Source of the DNA: Chiloscyllium plagiosum
Taxonomy: Eukaryota
Assembly (NCBI RefSeq): GCF_004010195.1
Contig: NC_057719.1
Coordinates: 40,405,323 to 40,469,322 of the forward strand
DNA length: 64,000 nucleotides
Reading direction: 5' to 3'
Both the position numbers and the translations under genes were made by a program. This document shows positions 63,045-64,000 of this stretch, one piece after another. The number at the start of each line of letters is the position of its first letter. Within the stretch, counting starts at the first letter, position 1. The notes below the pieces were generated by a model. That model saw only the letters and a program-made list of their open reading frames with translations. It ran no database searches and was not told the DNA's origin.

Positions 63045-63335
63045 TACCAACCTGTTCAGAGATATTATTATGCATTTCTAGAATAGGTGAGATTTGATCC
63101 CAGGCCTCCTGGCTGCAAACTAGAGATCAGTAGGTGGAACTTGGAACTCATGCTTTCCTACCCAGAGGTTGGGGACAATAGCACTGTCGTGAGAGCCATG
63201 ATCTGTTTGTCAGTGTAGATACCTTCCTAAACAACCTGTTCGGACATGTTATGACAACTGTCTGGAGCAGGTGGGACTAGAACCCAGACCTCCTGGTTCA
63301 GAGGTAGACACACATACCAGTATGCCTCAAGAGCT
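63045..63335 (-). mobile_element. Cluster of 2-3 short tRNA-derived SINE copies
   Basis: Reverse complement unit gctcttg...tggta...ctacctctg...gggttctagtcccacctgctccaga...gaacagg; related copies at ~7875-7962 (+) and ~57425-57518 (-). Confidence 0.6.
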
Positions 63336-63344
63336 GCTTACCAT

Positions 63345-63730
63345 TTCTCAGGGTACTTACTGATCTATCCTCAACCATCTTTAGCTGCTTCATCAATGAA
63401 CTTCCTTCCATCATAAGGTCAGAAATTTGCTGAACATTGTGCAATGTTCAGCATTCATAACTCTGCAGATACTGAAGTAGTCTTGGCCATATGCAGCAAG
63501 AGTTGGATAACATTCAGACTTAGGCGATAAATAACAAGGAACATTCATGCCACACAAGGAAAAAGCAATTTCCATCTCCAACAACAGAGAATCAAACCAT
63601 ATTGCCTTACCTTTAATGACATTAACTAACTGATTTCCCCCACTCTCAACACCCTGGGAGCTTTCATTAACGAGAAACTGAATCAGATTGCCTTTTAAAC
63701 ACTGAAGTTACAAGAGCAGGCCAGCTACTA
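63345..63730 (+). mobile_element. CR1/L2-group LINE RT remnant
   Basis: ccatctttagctgcttcatcaatgaacttcc...tttgctga, decayed RT core. Confidence 0.55.
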
Positions 63731-63763
63731 GACTGAGACAAATAAGTCATCACCTGACTTGCA

Positions 63764-63863
63764 GCCTGGTCTCTTGGTGGCTTGTGGTGGGTCTTGGCCT
63801 AGTCTGTTGGTGGCTTGTGGCTCATCCCAGCCTGGTCTCGCGACAACTCGTGGCGGTGTCTTG
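63764..63863. repeat. Degenerate 33-34 bp tandem repeat, 3 units
   Basis: gcctggtctcttggtggcttgtggtgggtcttg / gcctagtctgttggtggcttgtggctcatccca / gcctggtctcgcgacaactcgtggcggtgtcttg. Confidence 0.7.
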
Positions 63864-64000
63864 GCTCGGCGTGTGAGTGGATCCTGCCTGGGTACTGGGG
63901 TTGATTGAAATGGTGTAGCTTCAGCAGCAGCGACGGTATCTGCAGTGGGGCTGTCGAGGGAAGAGCAAGGTAAGTGAAGGACTCATCAAAGCCTGTTTTA

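Noticed and set aside
62245..64000. Tudor-domain exons of TDRD9
   Set aside because: No phase-compatible exon recognised; likely downstream of the window

Overview
Eukaryotic (vertebrate) genomic DNA, most likely a shark or other elasmobranch; this is inferred from HER1/CR1-like LINEs, an HE1-like V-SINE and Deu-SINE-like tails. The + strand carries 21 internal coding exons (3308-62244; 2168 nt, about 722 codons, phase-consistent throughout) of TDRD9, the piRNA-pathway DExH-box RNA helicase. All helicase motifs I-VI, the HA2 region and the RRM-like segment are present. The N-terminal and Tudor-domain exons lie outside the window. One intron is GC-AG. The introns are mostly decayed retroelements: CR1, Penelope-like (PLE), RTE, Rex1/Babar, L2-like, SINEs and a probable Harbinger relic. 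The most striking non-coding signal is about 18 copies, in 3-4 sequence families, of a minimal hammerhead-ribozyme motif (CTGANGA-stem II-GAAAC/GTH with a loopless palindromic stem III). They occur in PLE termini, as free 90-130 bp inserts (one with a clean TSD) and as fold-back inverted pairs. Most ORFs in the supplied track are TE fragments or chance ORFs.
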